Notes: generated by a model not told the origin, from the sequence alone. 64,000 bases of DNA from Chloroflexota bacterium (GCA_023475235.1 JAMCWG010000129.1:1724-65723), one strand, 5' to 3'; counted from the stretch's first letter, positions 1-11,162 are shown. Program-made: numbers and translations.

Positions 1-1
1 C

Positions 2-1873
2 CGCGACCGCTTCGTGCTCTCCGCCGGCCACGCCTCGATGCTGCAATATGCCGTCCTGTTCCTGACCGGCTATGATGTCACCCTGGACGACGTCGAGAGC
101 TTCCGGCAGTGGGACAGCAAGACCCCCGGCCATCCCGAGCACCTGCGGACGCCCGGCATCGAGACCACCACCGGGCCTCTCGGCCAGGGCGTGATGAACT
201 CGGTGGGAATGGCAATGGCCGAAGCCCATCTGGCGGCAATATTCAACCGTCCCGGCCACAACATCGTAGACCATTGCACTTATGTAATCTGCAGCGACGG
301 CGATATGGAAGAGGGGGCCTCGCACGAGGCAGCCTCGCTCGCCGGTCACTTGGGGCTCGGCAAGCTGGTCTGGATTTACGACGACAATCACATCAGCATC
401 GAGGGACCGACCAGCCTCACCTACTCCGATGACGTGGCCAGGCGCTTCGAGGCGTACCACTGGCACGTGCAGAACATCGGCGACGCCGCAAACGATCTGA
501 CTGTCCTGTCCAGGGCCCTCGACAACGCCCGGAAAGAGCAGGAGCGCCCTTCTTTGATCATCGTCCGCTCCCACATCGGCTACGGCGCGCCTCATCGACA
601 GGATACCAGGGAAGCGCACGGTGAGCCGCTGGGCGAGGACGAGGTGAGGGCAGCCAAGAGGTTCTACGGCTGGCCCGAAGATGCCCACTTCCTGGTGCCC
701 GAGGAAGTTCTGGCCCATATGCGCCAGGCCATACCCTGGGGCGACAGGCTTGAGAGCGAGTGGAACGAGCGGGTCTCCGCCTACCGGCAGGCCTACCCGC
801 AGCTCGCCGAGCAGTTCGATGCGGCGGTCTGCGGCGCTCTACCCCAGGGATGGGATACCGGCATTCCCAGCTTCAATCCTTCCGACGGCCCTGTGGCGAC
901 GAGAGCGGCGTCGGGCAAGGTGATCAACGGCTTCGCCGACAAAGTCCCCTGGCTCATCGGGGGCAGCGGCGACCTGTCGCCCTCCACGAGGACCCTGATA
1001 GACGGCTCCGGCTACTTCGAAAAGGGAGAGTACGGGAACCGTAACATCGCCTACGGCGTGCGCGAGCACGTCATGTGCGGCGCATCCTCCGGCATGGCCC
1101 TCCACGGCGGCGTGCGCCCCTATGCCGCCACATTCTTCATCTTCACCGACTATGCCCGGCCCGCCATTCGCCTGGCAGCGCTGATGGAGCTTCCCGTCAT
1201 CTATGTTCTGACCCACGACTCCATCGGCCTCGGCGAGGATGGGCCGACCCATCAACCCGTCGAGCACCTGGCCTCGTTCCGGGCTATGCCGAATATGTGC
1301 GTCATCCGCCCGGCCGACGCCAACGAGACGGACTATGCGTGGCGCGCGGCGATGATGCGGGTGACCGGCCCCACCATGCTGATACTCACGCGCCAGGGCC
1401 TGCCGGTCTTCGACCGCAGCAAGGTTGCCAGCGCCGAGGGAGTCCTCCGGGGGGCCTACGTCCTTTCCAAAGAGCGCAGTGCCGTGCCGGACATCATCTT
1501 GATCGCTTCAGGCTCCGAGGTGCAGCTTATCCTTGCCGCCCAGGAGCAGCTCGCGGCGAGCGGCATCGACGCCCGCGTGGTCAGTATGCCGAGCTGGGAG
1601 CTGTTCGAGATGGAGTCGCAGGCATATCGCAATGAGGTGCTCCCGCCCACCGTCGTGGCCAGGCTGGCCGTAGAGGCAGCCTCCCCGTTCGGCTGGGAGC
1701 GATGGGTCGGTGATGCAGGCGACGTCATCGGCGTCGATAGATTCGGGGCCAGCGCGCCGGCCAGGGATATCTTCCAGCACTACGGCCTCACGGTAGAGAA
1801 CGTCGTCGAGCGGGCCAAGGGCCTGCTGGCGAAGCAGCGGGAGGCTGCGCAGCCGAAGCGAATGATCGTGTGA
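2..1873 (+). CDS. tkt: transketolase, 5'-truncated by the window edge
   Basis: Frame is open from base 2 ([10 protein letters not shown]...). Translation carries transketolase signatures ([19 protein letters not shown]) and full pyrimidine-binding and C-terminal regions. It heads a pentose-phosphate cluster. Confidence 0.95.
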   Translation, partial: RDRFVLSAGHASMLQYAVLFLTGYDVTLDDVESFRQWDSKTPGHPEHLRTPGIETTTGPLGQGVMNSVGMAMAEAHLAAIFNRPGHNIVDHCTYVICSDGDMEEGASHEAASLAGHLGLGKLVWIYDDNHISIEGPTSLTYSDDVARRFEAYHWHVQNIGDAANDLTVLSRALDNARKEQERPSLIIVRSHIGYGAPHRQDTREAHGEPLGEDEVRAAKRFYGWPEDAHFLVPEEVLAHMRQAIPWGDRLESEWNERVSAYRQAYPQLAEQFDAAVCGALPQGWDTGIPSFNPSDGPVATRAASGKVINGFADKVPWLIGGSGDLSPSTRTLIDGSGYFEKGEYGNRNIAYGVREHVMCGASSGMALHGGVRPYAATFFIFTDYARPAIRLAALMELPVIYVLTHDSIGLGEDGPTHQPVEHLASFRAMPNMCVIRPADANETDYAWRAAMMRVTGPTMLILTRQGLPVFDRSKVASAEGVLRGAYVLSKERSAVPDIILIASGSEVQLILAAQEQLAASGIDARVVSMPSWELFEMESQAYRNEVLPPTVVARLAVEAASPFGWERWVGDAGDVIGVDRFGASAPARDIFQHYGLTVENVVERAKGLLAKQREAAQPKRMIV

Positions 1874-1883
1874 GGAGCAGGCA

Positions 1884-2351
1884 ATGCGCATCGGGATGGC
1901 CGCGGACCACGGCGGACTCGCCCTCAAGCAGCAGATAGCCGAGAAGCTGCGCGCTGCCGGCCACGACGTAGTCGACTACGGGGCATACAAGCTGAATCCC
2001 GACGACGACTATCCCGACTTCGTCATTCCCCTGGCGAAGGCCGTGGCCGGCGGCGACGTCGAGCGGGGGATAGCGGTATGCGGCAGCGGCGTGGGCGCGT
2101 GCGTTGCCGCCGATAAGGTGCCGGGCGTGCGGGCCGCGCTGGTACACGACGTCTATTCCGCCCATCAAGGCGTCGAGCACGATGATATGAACCTTATGTG
2201 CATCGGCGCGTGGGTGATCGCCCAGGCCCTGGCCTGGGACCTGGTCCAGACCTTCCTGGGCGCCCATTTCGGCGGGGCCGAAAGGCACCTGCGCCGGCTG
2301 AAAAAAGTAGCCGCCCTTGAGCACAGTGTGGAAATGGGGAAAGCCGGCTAA
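1884..2351 (+). CDS. rpiB: ribose-5-phosphate isomerase B
   Basis: 155 aa. MRIGMAADHGG start and CGSGVGACVAADK motif typical of RpiB/LacAB. GAGGAG RBS upstream. Lies 10 nt after tkt. Confidence 0.9.
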   Translation: MRIGMAADHGGLALKQQIAEKLRAAGHDVVDYGAYKLNPDDDYPDFVIPLAKAVAGGDVERGIAVCGSGVGACVAADKVPGVRAALVHDVYSAHQGVEHDDMNLMCIGAWVIAQALAWDLVQTFLGAHFGGAERHLRRLKKVAALEHSVEMGKAG

Positions 2352-2401
2352 CACGAAAAGAGTCGAAGACTACAGCTTGGTGGGGAGAAGGAGGAACCAC
2401 A

Positions 2402-5257
2402 GTGAGGGAGAATCCATTGCTCAAGCTCCGCGAGTACCCTCAGAGCGTATGGATGGATTTCGTCCGGCGAAGCATGCTCGCCTCGGATGGAGAGCTTGAT
2501 AAGCTAATCGTGGAAGACGGCGTGCGGGGCGTCACCTCCAACCCGTCCATCTTCGAGAGGGCTATCGCCGGCAGCCAAGACTACGACGACGAGATCCGCG
2601 CCCTCGCCCTCGAGGGCAAGAGCGTCCCGGAGATATACCAGGCGCTCACCGTGGACGACATTCAGCGGGCTTGTGACCTGTTCCGTCCTATATACGACCA
2701 GACCGACGGGGGAGACGGCTTCGTGAGCCTGGAAGTCTCCCCGCATCTGGCCCACGACACCGAACGCACCATCGCCGAGGCGCATCGCCTGTGGAGCGCC
2801 GTTGACCGCCCCAATGTGATGATCAAGATCCCGGCAACGCAAGAGGGGATGCCCGCCATACAGCGGTGCATCAGCGAAGGCATCAACATCAACATAACCC
2901 TGCTCTTCGGCCTGCCTCGCTACCGTCAGGTGACCGAAGCGTATATTGCCGGACTGGAAGCGCTGGCTGCGCAGGGAAAGCCCCTCGGCCGCGTCGCGTC
3001 GGTGGCGAGCTTCTTCCTCAGCCGGATCGATGTCCTGATCGATCCTATCCTGGAGCGGGTGATGCAGGCCGGCGGGCCCAACACCGACACTGCCGCTCAC
3101 CTGCACGGGCAGGTGGCCATCGCCAGCGCCAAGGTAGCCTACCAGATATACAAGCAGACCTTCAGCAGCGACCGCTTCCGAAGGCTTGCGGAGCAGGGCG
3201 CTCGCACCCAACGGCTCGTGTGGGCGAGCACCAGCACGAAAAACCCCGCCTACAGCGACGTGAAGTACGTCGAGCCGCTCATCGGGCCGGATACCATCAA
3301 CACTATGCCACTGGAGACGCTTGACGCCTACCGCGACCACGGCCAGCCGGCCCCGCGCCTCGAGGAAGGCGTGCCGGAAGCCTACCAGGTGCTGGACCAG
3401 TTGCCGGAGGTCGGCATCGATCTGGACGCGATGACCCAGCAACTGGAAGACGAGGGCGTGCACAAGTTCATCGTCCCCTACAACCAGTTGATGAAAACGC
3501 TGGAAGAAAAGCGGGTCGCCGCAATGAGAGAGCCGGTCGACCGCCAGACCTTCGTCCTCGACGGCTACAGCGAGGCGGTCCGGCAGCGGATGGTGGCCCT
3601 GCGCCAGGAGCAATTCGAGTCGCGCCTGTGGCGCAAGGACGCCAGCCTGTGGCAAGTCGACCCGCAGAAATACTCCTCCATTCACAACTCCCTCGGCTGG
3701 CTGCACGTCGCGGAGAAGATGGAAGACAACCTTGACGAGCTCACCCGCTTCAGCACCGAAGTCCGAGCGGCCGGCTTCCGTCAGGTGGTCCACATGGGCA
3801 TGGGCGGCAGCAGCCTGGCCCCCCTCACCTTCCAGCAGACGTTCACGCCGGGCGACAACGGCCTGCCCCTGAGGGTCCTGGATACCACCGATCCCGCTAC
3901 TATATTGGCAATCGAGCGGCAGGTGCCCATCGCTAATACCCTCTTCATCGAGGCCAGCAAATCGGGCACCACGGCAGAGCCTCGCGCCTTCGGCGAGTAC
4001 TTCTACGACAAGGTCAGGCTTATCAAGGGCGATGCGGCCGGAGAGAATTTCGTCGCCATCACCGACCCGGGCACGCCGCTGGAGACACTGGCCCGAGAGC
4101 GGCACTACCGCCGGATTTTCCTCAATTTCCCGGACATCGGCGGGCGGTACTCGGCCCTCTCCTATTTCGGCCTCGTGCCGGCCGCGCTGATGGACCTGGA
4201 TGTGGCCGAGCTGCTCGAGCGGGCGCTGCGAATGAGGCACGCCTGCGCCTCTTGCGTGCCCGTGCAGCGGAATGCGGGCCTTATCCTGGGAACGGTCATG
4301 GGCGAGATGGTCCTCCAGGGCCGCGACAAGGTGACCTTCCTGATGCCGGAGCCGATCCGGACCCTTGGGATGTGGCTGGAGCAGTTGCTGGCGGAGAGCA
4401 CCGGCAAGAACGGCACCGGGCTGCTGCCGGTGAATGAGGAGCCCATCGGCGATCCGTCGGTCTACGGCAAAGACCGCCTCTTCGTGCACTTTCACCTGCG
4501 TGAGCAGATAAGTGAGCCGCTGGAGCGGACCCTCGCCAGCTTGCAGGCCCTCAGCCACCCGGTGGCGACCATTCGAATGGACGACGGCCTCGACCTGGGC
4601 CAGGAGTTCCTCCGGTGGGAGATCGCCACGGCCACGGCCGGGGCCATCCTGAGCATCGACGCCTTCGATCAGCCCAACGTCCAGGAGAGCAAGGACAACA
4701 CCGACCGCCTCCTTCAGGTGGTGCGGGAGAAGGGCCGCCTGCCGGAGGAAGAGCCGACGCTGGCCGAGGATACGCTGCGCTACTACGGGCCGGGCGGGGC
4801 CACCACCGGCGCTGACATCCTGGTCAGGTTCCTGGGCCAGGCCAATCCGGGGGACTACGTGGCCCTGATGGCGTACCTGACCGAGGACCCGGCCACGCAC
4901 CAGGACCTGCAGAACATGCGCGTACGCCTGCGGGACAGCCTCCGTCTGGCCACCACGCTGGGGTATGGCCCCCGCTTCCTGCACTCCACCGGCCAGTACC
5001 ACAAGGGTGGACCGAACACCGGCCTCTTCCTGCAGTTGACGGCCGATCCCGTGGAGGATGTGCCCATCCCGGGGCAACCCTACACCTTCGGCGTGTTCCG
5101 GCAGGCGCAAGCCCTGGGCGACCTGGAGTCGCTGCGCCGGCACGGGCGCCGGGCGATACGTATTCACCTGGGCGCCGACGTCAGGCAGGGCCTGGCCGAT
5201 CTGGAGGAGGCGGTGGAAGCGGCGCTCAGCCGGCTCCGGCCGGCGGCTGCCGCCTGA
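2402..5257 (+). CDS. bifunctional transaldolase / glucose-6-phosphate isomerase fusion
   Basis: 951 aa in one uninterrupted frame. The N-terminal third has transaldolase motifs (TSNPSIF, KIPAT). The C-terminal part has PGI motifs (GMGGSSLAP, SKSGTTAEP). GTG start 7 nt after AGGAGG. Confidence 0.9.
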   Translation: MRENPLLKLREYPQSVWMDFVRRSMLASDGELDKLIVEDGVRGVTSNPSIFERAIAGSQDYDDEIRALALEGKSVPEIYQALTVDDIQRACDLFRPIYDQTDGGDGFVSLEVSPHLAHDTERTIAEAHRLWSAVDRPNVMIKIPATQEGMPAIQRCISEGININITLLFGLPRYRQVTEAYIAGLEALAAQGKPLGRVASVASFFLSRIDVLIDPILERVMQAGGPNTDTAAHLHGQVAIASAKVAYQIYKQTFSSDRFRRLAEQGARTQRLVWASTSTKNPAYSDVKYVEPLIGPDTINTMPLETLDAYRDHGQPAPRLEEGVPEAYQVLDQLPEVGIDLDAMTQQLEDEGVHKFIVPYNQLMKTLEEKRVAAMREPVDRQTFVLDGYSEAVRQRMVALRQEQFESRLWRKDASLWQVDPQKYSSIHNSLGWLHVAEKMEDNLDELTRFSTEVRAAGFRQVVHMGMGGSSLAPLTFQQTFTPGDNGLPLRVLDTTDPATILAIERQVPIANTLFIEASKSGTTAEPRAFGEYFYDKVRLIKGDAAGENFVAITDPGTPLETLARERHYRRIFLNFPDIGGRYSALSYFGLVPAALMDLDVAELLERALRMRHACASCVPVQRNAGLILGTVMGEMVLQGRDKVTFLMPEPIRTLGMWLEQLLAESTGKNGTGLLPVNEEPIGDPSVYGKDRLFVHFHLREQISEPLERTLASLQALSHPVATIRMDDGLDLGQEFLRWEIATATAGAILSIDAFDQPNVQESKDNTDRLLQVVREKGRLPEEEPTLAEDTLRYYGPGGATTGADILVRFLGQANPGDYVALMAYLTEDPATHQDLQNMRVRLRDSLRLATTLGYGPRFLHSTGQYHKGGPNTGLFLQLTADPVEDVPIPGQPYTFGVFRQAQALGDLESLRRHGRRAIRIHLGADVRQGLADLEEAVEAALSRLRPAAAA

Positions 5258-5368
5258 AGCTGATCTCCATTGTCTAGGCGAGCGCGCCGGGGGAGATAGC
5301 GCCACGGACCCTTCGGGCACGACTCGCCTTTGGCAAGGCCAGGGTGAGGGTGAGAGGGCGAGACGAGC

Positions 5369-5396
5369 GTAGGGGCGCACGGCCGTGCTCCCCTAC
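5369..5396. repeat. REP-like palindrome, family A (GTAGGGGCG...CCCCTAC), copy 1
   Basis: gtaggggcgcac-ggcc-gtgctcccctac: 12-bp arms with one mismatch. Lies about 110 nt after the tal-pgi stop. Same termini as the copies at 48205 and 57455. Confidence 0.6.
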
Positions 5397-5495
5397 GTGA
5401 CAGGCAGATTCTCCCTTGCCCTGGCCTCGCCGGACGGTGACGGCGCCACAGGCAAGGGCGTTTGGCCGATGTAGCTTCGAGCAGGAGGCGCGGGC

Positions 5496-6137
5496 ATGGC
5501 ATCCTCACCTATCACTACCCTCTTCGTGGACATCGGGGCCGTATTGCTCACCAACGCCTGGGACAGGAATATGCGCAGGCTGGCGGCGGAGACCTTTCAC
5601 CTGGACTATCCCGAGATGGACGAGCGACATCACCTGACCTTCGACACATATGAGGAGGGCAAGCTGGACCTCGAGGAGTACCTGAAGCGGGTAGTCTTCT
5701 ACGAGGAGCGGCCCTTCACGCGCGATGAGTTCAAAGCCTTTATGTTCGCCCAGTCCAAGGCATATCCGGAGATGATCGAGCTAACCCGCGGCCTTAAGCA
5801 GCGCTACCGGCTGAAGATAGTGGCGGTCAGCAACGAGGGGCGGGAGCTCACCGCCTTCCGCATCAAGAAGTTCGAGCTGGGCAGATTCGTGGACTTCTTC
5901 GTTTCCTCCTGCTTCGTCCACTTCCGCAAGCCCGATGTGGACCTTTACCGCATCGCCCTCGATATCGCCCAGGTGCCCCCGGAAGAAGTGGTGTACATAG
6001 AGGACCGGGCGATGTTCGTCGAAGTGGCCGAGACCCTGGGCATTCAGGGCATCCACCACACCGATTACGAGTCCACTCGTGCGGCGCTGGCTACGCTGGG
6101 CCTGTCTGCTCCTGAGCAAGCTATGGGTAGCGGGTAA
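5496..6137 (+). CDS. HAD-superfamily hydrolase, atypical motif I
   Basis: 213 aa. HAD-IA layout (FVDIGAVLL motif I, SN motif II, RKPD motif III, IEDR motif IV). The Asp+2 of motif I is Gly. AGGAGG RBS 7 nt upstream. Confidence 0.75.
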   Translation: MASSPITTLFVDIGAVLLTNAWDRNMRRLAAETFHLDYPEMDERHHLTFDTYEEGKLDLEEYLKRVVFYEERPFTRDEFKAFMFAQSKAYPEMIELTRGLKQRYRLKIVAVSNEGRELTAFRIKKFELGRFVDFFVSSCFVHFRKPDVDLYRIALDIAQVPPEEVVYIEDRAMFVEVAETLGIQGIHHTDYESTRAALATLGLSAPEQAMGSG

Positions 6138-6211
6138 CCCGGTTGCCGGCCTGCCGGGCATCCGGTCGCTTTGAGACGGCAGTCCCTGGTTGAAGTAAAG
6201 GGGAAAAAGAT

Positions 6212-7633
6212 ATGGTGAAGCAAGAACAGCGATACGAGATCGGCATGGTTGGCCTGGGCGTGATGGGGCGCAACCTGCTGCTGAATATGGCGGACCACGG
6301 CTATTCCGTCGCCGGGTACGATGTGGACGCGAGCAAGGTCCAGGCGCTGCGCGAGGAGGCCGAGGCCCGCGACATCCAGGGGGCGACGGGCCTGGAGCAG
6401 ATGGTCGGCATGCTGCGCACGCCCCGGGCCGTGATTATGCTGGTGCCGGCCGGCCCGCCGGTGGACGCGGTGGTCCGCGACCTGCTGCCCCATCTGCAGC
6501 CCGGCGACATGATCATCGACGGCGGAAACTCGCACTTCACGGATACCGACCTGCGGGCGAAGACGCTGGCCGAGAAGGGCATCCTTTACCTGGGCGTCGG
6601 CGTCTCCGGAGGGGAGCACGGCGCCCGGCACGGCCCCAGCATTATGCCCGGCGGGCCGAAGGAGGCTTACGAGCGGGTGCAGCCCCTCTTCGAGGCCATC
6701 GCCGCCCACGTGGACGGCGATCCATGCGTCACCTACCTGGGCCCCGGCTCGGCCGGCCATTACGTCAAGATGGTCCACAACGGGATCGAGTATGGCCTGA
6801 TGCAGCTCATCGCCGAGACCTACGATGTGATGAAGCGGCGACTGGGCCTGTCCGATGCCCGAATGCACGTCGTCTACAAGCGGTGGAACGAGAGCGAGCT
6901 CAGCTCCTACCTGCTGGAGATCACCGCCGATATCCTCCGCCACGTGGACGAGAAGACCGGCAAGTGTCTGATTGACGTGATCCTGGATAAGGCCAAGCAG
7001 TTGGGCACAGGCCAGTGGACCTCGCAGGACGCGATGGAGCTGGGAGTGCCGATACCTACCATCGACGTGGCAGTGGCTATGCGCAGCCTGTCGGCGATGG
7101 AGGAGGAGCGGGTGGCTGCCGGCAAGGTGCTCCTCGGGCCGGTACAGGTCTTCCACAAGCCGCGCGACCCGTTCCTCGAGCAGCTACGCGCTGCTCTCTA
7201 TGCCGGGATGATCGTCACATATGCCCAGGGCGTGGCCCTGCTGAGACACGCGTCGCAGGCCCGCGGCTACGGCGTGAAGCTGGAGGATGTCGCCCGCATC
7301 TGGCGGGGCGGCTGTATCATCCGCTCGGCCTTGCTGGAGCACATCCGCTCCGCGTATCGCGCCAACCCTGATCTGCCCAACCTGCTGGTCGACCCGTATC
7401 TCGCCCGGGAGCTGATGGCGCGCCAGGAGGCCCTGCGGGCTGTCGTGTGCACGGCGGCCGAGCTGGGCCTTCCGGCGGCGGGGCTCGGCATCTCGCTCGG
7501 CTACTACGATGCCTACCGCAGCGCCTGGCTGCCGGCCAACCTGACCCAGGCGCAGCGAGATTACTTCGGGGCCCACACCTATGAGCGCATCGATGCCAAA
7601 GGCGTGTTCCACACCAGGTGGAGCGCAGACTGA
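6212..7633 (+). CDS. gnd: 6-phosphogluconate dehydrogenase, decarboxylating
   Basis: 473 aa. N-terminal Rossmann fold GLGVMGRNLLLN and full-length Gnd-like sequence. Lies between tal-pgi and zwf. Confidence 0.93.
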   Translation: MVKQEQRYEIGMVGLGVMGRNLLLNMADHGYSVAGYDVDASKVQALREEAEARDIQGATGLEQMVGMLRTPRAVIMLVPAGPPVDAVVRDLLPHLQPGDMIIDGGNSHFTDTDLRAKTLAEKGILYLGVGVSGGEHGARHGPSIMPGGPKEAYERVQPLFEAIAAHVDGDPCVTYLGPGSAGHYVKMVHNGIEYGLMQLIAETYDVMKRRLGLSDARMHVVYKRWNESELSSYLLEITADILRHVDEKTGKCLIDVILDKAKQLGTGQWTSQDAMELGVPIPTIDVAVAMRSLSAMEEERVAAGKVLLGPVQVFHKPRDPFLEQLRAALYAGMIVTYAQGVALLRHASQARGYGVKLEDVARIWRGGCIIRSALLEHIRSAYRANPDLPNLLVDPYLARELMARQEALRAVVCTAAELGLPAAGLGISLGYYDAYRSAWLPANLTQAQRDYFGAHTYERIDAKGVFHTRWSAD

Positions 7634-7642
7634 GGAGGCGTT

Positions 7643-9163
7643 ATGGCACAGTATATCCGTCCTGAGGCCACTATTCTGGTTATGTTCGGTGGCGCCGGTG
7701 ATCTGGCGTGGCGCAAGCTGGGCCCTGCGCTGTACAACCTGTGCATCGACGGTTGGCTGCCCGATCGCTTCGCCGTCATCGGCGTCGACCGCGTGCCGAT
7801 GAGCAACGACCAGTTCCGCCAGCGCGTGCGCGACGGCGTGGACCGCTTCTCGCGCCGGGGCAAGGCGGGGGACGAGGACTGGCAGACCTTTGCCCCTTGC
7901 CTGACATATGTTCAAGGCAGTCTCGACGACCCGGCCACTTACACGAGCCTATCCAGTCGGCTGGGTGAGCAAGAAAAGGGCTGGAGCGCCGCGTCGGACC
8001 ACATCTTCTATCTGGCCATTCCGCCGACCCTGTTCGGGTCCGTGGCACAGGGACTGCACAAAGCCCAGCTCTCGCATCCACAGCAGTCGGTCCGCATCGT
8101 AATCGAAAAGCCGTTCGGCTGGGACCTGGAGTCCGCACGCGCACTCAACCGCAGCCTGGCGAGCATATTCCACGAATCACAGATATACCGCATCGACCAT
8201 TACCTAGGAAAGGAGACGGTGCAGAACATCCTGGCCTTTCGCTTCGCCAACTCCATTTTCGAGCCGGTCTGGAACCGGCGATATGTGGACAATGTGCAGA
8301 TAACCGTCGCCGAGGAGGTCGGGGTAGAGCATCGTGGCGAGTATTACGAGCGGGCCGGGGCGCTGCGAGATATGGTGCAGAACCATCTGCTGCAGGTGAT
8401 GAACTTCATCGCGATGGAGCCGCCCGTCTCCTTCGACGCCGACGAGATCCGCAACCGCAAGGTAGACGTGCTGCACGCGGTCCGGCCTATTCCTCACGAC
8501 GAAGTGCCGAAGTTTGCCGTGCGCGGCCAGTACAACGAGGGCTGGATCGAGGGCCAGCGCGTCCCGGCCTATCGCGCCGAGCCCAACGTATCTCCCGGCT
8601 CGAGCAGCGAGACCTTCGCCGCCCTTAAGCTGTACGTGGACAACTGGCGCTGGCAGGGTGTCCCCTTCTATCTCCGCACTGGCAAGCGGCTGCCGCAGAG
8701 GGTCTCGGAGGTGTCCATCCAGTTCCAGCCTGCCCCCCACCAGCCCTTCCCGCCAATGGCCGTGGTGGACTGGCAGCCCAACCGCCTGGTGATGCGCATC
8801 CAGCCCGATGAGACTATCTTCATCCGCTTCCAGGTCAAGCAGCCGGGACCCGAGCTGCGTCTCGTTCCACAGGATATGCACTTCTGCTATCAGGACGCCT
8901 TTCAGGTCCCGACGCCGGAGGCTTACGAGACCCTCCTGCTGGACGTGATGCGCGGCGATCCCACGCTGTTCATACGGGCCGACCGCGTGGAGGCGGCCTG
9001 GACGATACTGATGCCCATCCTGGATGTGTGGGGCCAGGTGCGACCCTCCGACTTCCCCAACTATCAGGCCGGCACCTGGGGGCCAAGCACTGCCGACGAG
9101 CTATTGGCCAGGGATGGGCGGAACTGGCTGCCGCCCACCACGATCGAGGAATGCGCCGTATAG
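7643..9163 (+). CDS. zwf: glucose-6-phosphate 1-dehydrogenase
   Basis: 506 aa. Motifs EKPFG and [19 protein letters not shown]. Confidence 0.95.
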   Translation: MAQYIRPEATILVMFGGAGDLAWRKLGPALYNLCIDGWLPDRFAVIGVDRVPMSNDQFRQRVRDGVDRFSRRGKAGDEDWQTFAPCLTYVQGSLDDPATYTSLSSRLGEQEKGWSAASDHIFYLAIPPTLFGSVAQGLHKAQLSHPQQSVRIVIEKPFGWDLESARALNRSLASIFHESQIYRIDHYLGKETVQNILAFRFANSIFEPVWNRRYVDNVQITVAEEVGVEHRGEYYERAGALRDMVQNHLLQVMNFIAMEPPVSFDADEIRNRKVDVLHAVRPIPHDEVPKFAVRGQYNEGWIEGQRVPAYRAEPNVSPGSSSETFAALKLYVDNWRWQGVPFYLRTGKRLPQRVSEVSIQFQPAPHQPFPPMAVVDWQPNRLVMRIQPDETIFIRFQVKQPGPELRLVPQDMHFCYQDAFQVPTPEAYETLLLDVMRGDPTLFIRADRVEAAWTILMPILDVWGQVRPSDFPNYQAGTWGPSTADELLARDGRNWLPPTTIEECAV

Positions 9164-9173
9164 GCCGTTCTGG

Positions 9174-9938
9174 ATGGGACAAGTGAGGGGCGTGCCAGAC
9201 ATCGCAGACGTCTATCCCGATCTGGAGGCGCTGAGCGACGCTGCTGCCCGGCTCTTCGTGGAGCGGGCCGGGCGGGCGTCGTCGGAGGACCGCCCCTTCA
9301 GGGTAGCCATCTCGGGAGGGAACACGCCGCGCCGCACCTACGAGCTTCTGGCGCAGCCTCCCTTTCGAGACCAGGTCGTATGGGAGAGGGTGGAGGTCTT
9401 CTGGGGCGACGAGCGCTGCGTCCAGACCGACGATCCGCGCAGCAACCAGCGGATGGCGCGCGAGGCGCTGCTGGACCGCGTGCCTATCCCCAAGGAACAC
9501 ATCCATCCGGTCCTGTGCGACGAGGCGCCCGGCCGGGCAGCCGCGCGGTACGAGGCCCTTCTGCGCGCCCTGTTCGGCGGCCGGCCCCCTCGCTTCGATC
9601 TGGTCTTCCTCGGCCTGGGCGAGAACGGGCACACCGCCTCGCTCTTCCCCGGCACGCCGGCGCTGGATGAGCGCAAGCACTGGTGTGCCGAGGTCTACGT
9701 GCCCGGAGAGGGCCTTCACCGGGTCACTCTGACCGCGCCGGTCATCAACCGGGCCGCAGTGATCGCCTTTCTCGTCTCCGGAGCCGCCAAGGCCCGCGTT
9801 CTGCAGGAAGTGCTGGAAGGCCCGACGGACCCCCACCGCTTGCCGGCCCAACTGATCCACCCGACGAACGGCGAGCTGCGCTGGCTCGTCGACCGTGAGG
9901 CGGCCACCTATCTGAAGCAAGGCTCGCCGACCCGGTAG
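9174..9938 (+). CDS. pgl: 6-phosphogluconolactonase
   Basis: Motifs ISGGNTP and GLGENGHTASLFPG. The ORF-track start at 9024 overlaps zwf, so I moved the start to the first ATG after the zwf stop (9174; a GTG at 9183 is also possible). Confidence 0.88.
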   Translation: MGQVRGVPDIADVYPDLEALSDAAARLFVERAGRASSEDRPFRVAISGGNTPRRTYELLAQPPFRDQVVWERVEVFWGDERCVQTDDPRSNQRMAREALLDRVPIPKEHIHPVLCDEAPGRAAARYEALLRALFGGRPPRFDLVFLGLGENGHTASLFPGTPALDERKHWCAEVYVPGEGLHRVTLTAPVINRAAVIAFLVSGAAKARVLQEVLEGPTDPHRLPAQLIHPTNGELRWLVDREAATYLKQGSPTR

Positions 9939-9983
9939 ATAGCCCTGCGCGGGTCTCGAGGCCCGCGCAGGGCTATCTACCGG
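9932..9983 (+). terminator. perfect 22-bp stem hairpin overlapping the pgl stop codon
   Basis: ccggtagatagccctgcgcggg / cccgcgcagggctatctaccgg with an 8-nt loop. No clear T-tract follows. Confidence 0.55.
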
Positions 9984-10175
9984 GACACCTTTGCGCGAGT
10001 TCCAAACCCGCGCAAAGGTGGAAAGCCTCTCACCCAGCTACCTGAGCTCCACCCCGCGCATCCCGCCGGACAGGGCCACGATGATGTTGAAATAGTGCGC
10101 CCCGCTGCTCTAGAATACCCTCCGACCGGGCCACCGGTGAGAAACCGACGTCGCCAAGCGAAAGGGGGGACTACC

Positions 10176-11162
10176 TTGAAAATCGGCGTGATGGAAGCCG
10201 ACCTCTCCGGCAGCAACCTGGATTTCCTCAAGGCCATCGGCGTCAACAACGTGTGCGGCACCGACCACCGGCTCTTCGGCTACGACAAGCTCGGCTACTG
10301 GGACGCGGGACTGCTCGAGGACGCCCGCAAGCACGTCGAGGCCCACGGCCTCAAGCTGGACATGATTGCTTTGCCTATGCAGGCCAGCCCCAGGGCCGGG
10401 AATACCCTGCCTAACATTGTCATGGGTACGCCTGGGCGCGACGCGGACATAGAAACGGTGATCAAGTGCATCCGCGCCGCCGCCAAGGCCGGCGTTCCCG
10501 CCGTAAAGATGAACTTCACTGTGGCAGGCGTCCTGCGAACGGAGCCGGTGGTGGGAAGGGGAGGCGCCGTGCACACCGCCTTCAATTATGCACTGTTCAA
10601 GGTCCCGGCCACCCGGATGGACCAGATCACCGCCGATGAGATGTGGGACCGCATCGCGTACTTCGTGGATCGGGTCATCCCGGCGGCGGAAGAGGTGGGC
10701 GTCAGGGTGGCCTGCCATCCCCACGATCCGGCAATGCTCCTGGGCATCGGCATGGATGACCGCGTCCTGGGCACTATCGACGGGCTCAAGAAGTATTGCA
10801 GCCTGTCTCCCAGCCCGTTCCATGGCCTGAACTACTGCCAGGGCTGCATGGAGGAGAGCGGCGCCACGAAGGAGGAGCTGCTGGACGCCGTCAGGTACTT
10901 CGGCACCCGGAAGAAGCTCTTCCTGGTCCACTTCCGGACCATCCGCGGCGTCGCCCTCAACTTCAGGGAAGCCTTCATCGACGAGGGCCAGATGGATATG
11001 CTGGCTGCGATGCAGGCTTACCAGGACGTCGGCTACGACGGAATGATCGTGCCCGACCACTATCCGAAGATACCGGGAGATGCCGACCAGCGCGCCACCC
11101 GCGCCTACGCGGTAGGGTACATCAAGGCATTGCTGCGGGCCACCGGCGGCGAGACGGCGTAG
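10176..11162 (+). CDS. uxuA: mannonate dehydratase (short UxuA-type)
   Basis: The C-terminal half aligns by eye with E. coli UxuA (IPAAEEVGVRVACHPHDP, VHFRTIRG, MIVPDHYP). TTG start at 10176 follows AAAGGGGGGA. The ORF-track start at 10095 is an alternative. Confidence 0.75.
   Translation: MKIGVMEADLSGSNLDFLKAIGVNNVCGTDHRLFGYDKLGYWDAGLLEDARKHVEAHGLKLDMIALPMQASPRAGNTLPNIVMGTPGRDADIETVIKCIRAAAKAGVPAVKMNFTVAGVLRTEPVVGRGGAVHTAFNYALFKVPATRMDQITADEMWDRIAYFVDRVIPAAEEVGVRVACHPHDPAMLLGIGMDDRVLGTIDGLKKYCSLSPSPFHGLNYCQGCMEESGATKEELLDAVRYFGTRKKLFLVHFRTIRGVALNFREAFIDEGQMDMLAAMQAYQDVGYDGMIVPDHYPKIPGDADQRATRAYAVGYIKALLRATGGETA

Noticed and set aside
2504-5380. 958-aa minus-strand ORF, the longest in the track
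   Set aside because: It is fully antisense to the well-supported tal-pgi fusion. The product is Arg/Gly/Ala/Pro-rich with no motif. This is a typical shadow ORF of high-GC DNA, where stop codons are rare on the opposite strand.
9024-9173. Upstream extensions of ORF-track proteins (pgl here; likewise 52167-52409 for RACo, 53549-53761 for acsC, 20327-20437 for rpsB, 21270-21386 for tsf, 26061-26114 for rseP)
   Set aside because: The extensions overlap the preceding gene and lack similarity to the families. Internal starts with an RBS reproduce canonical N-termini.
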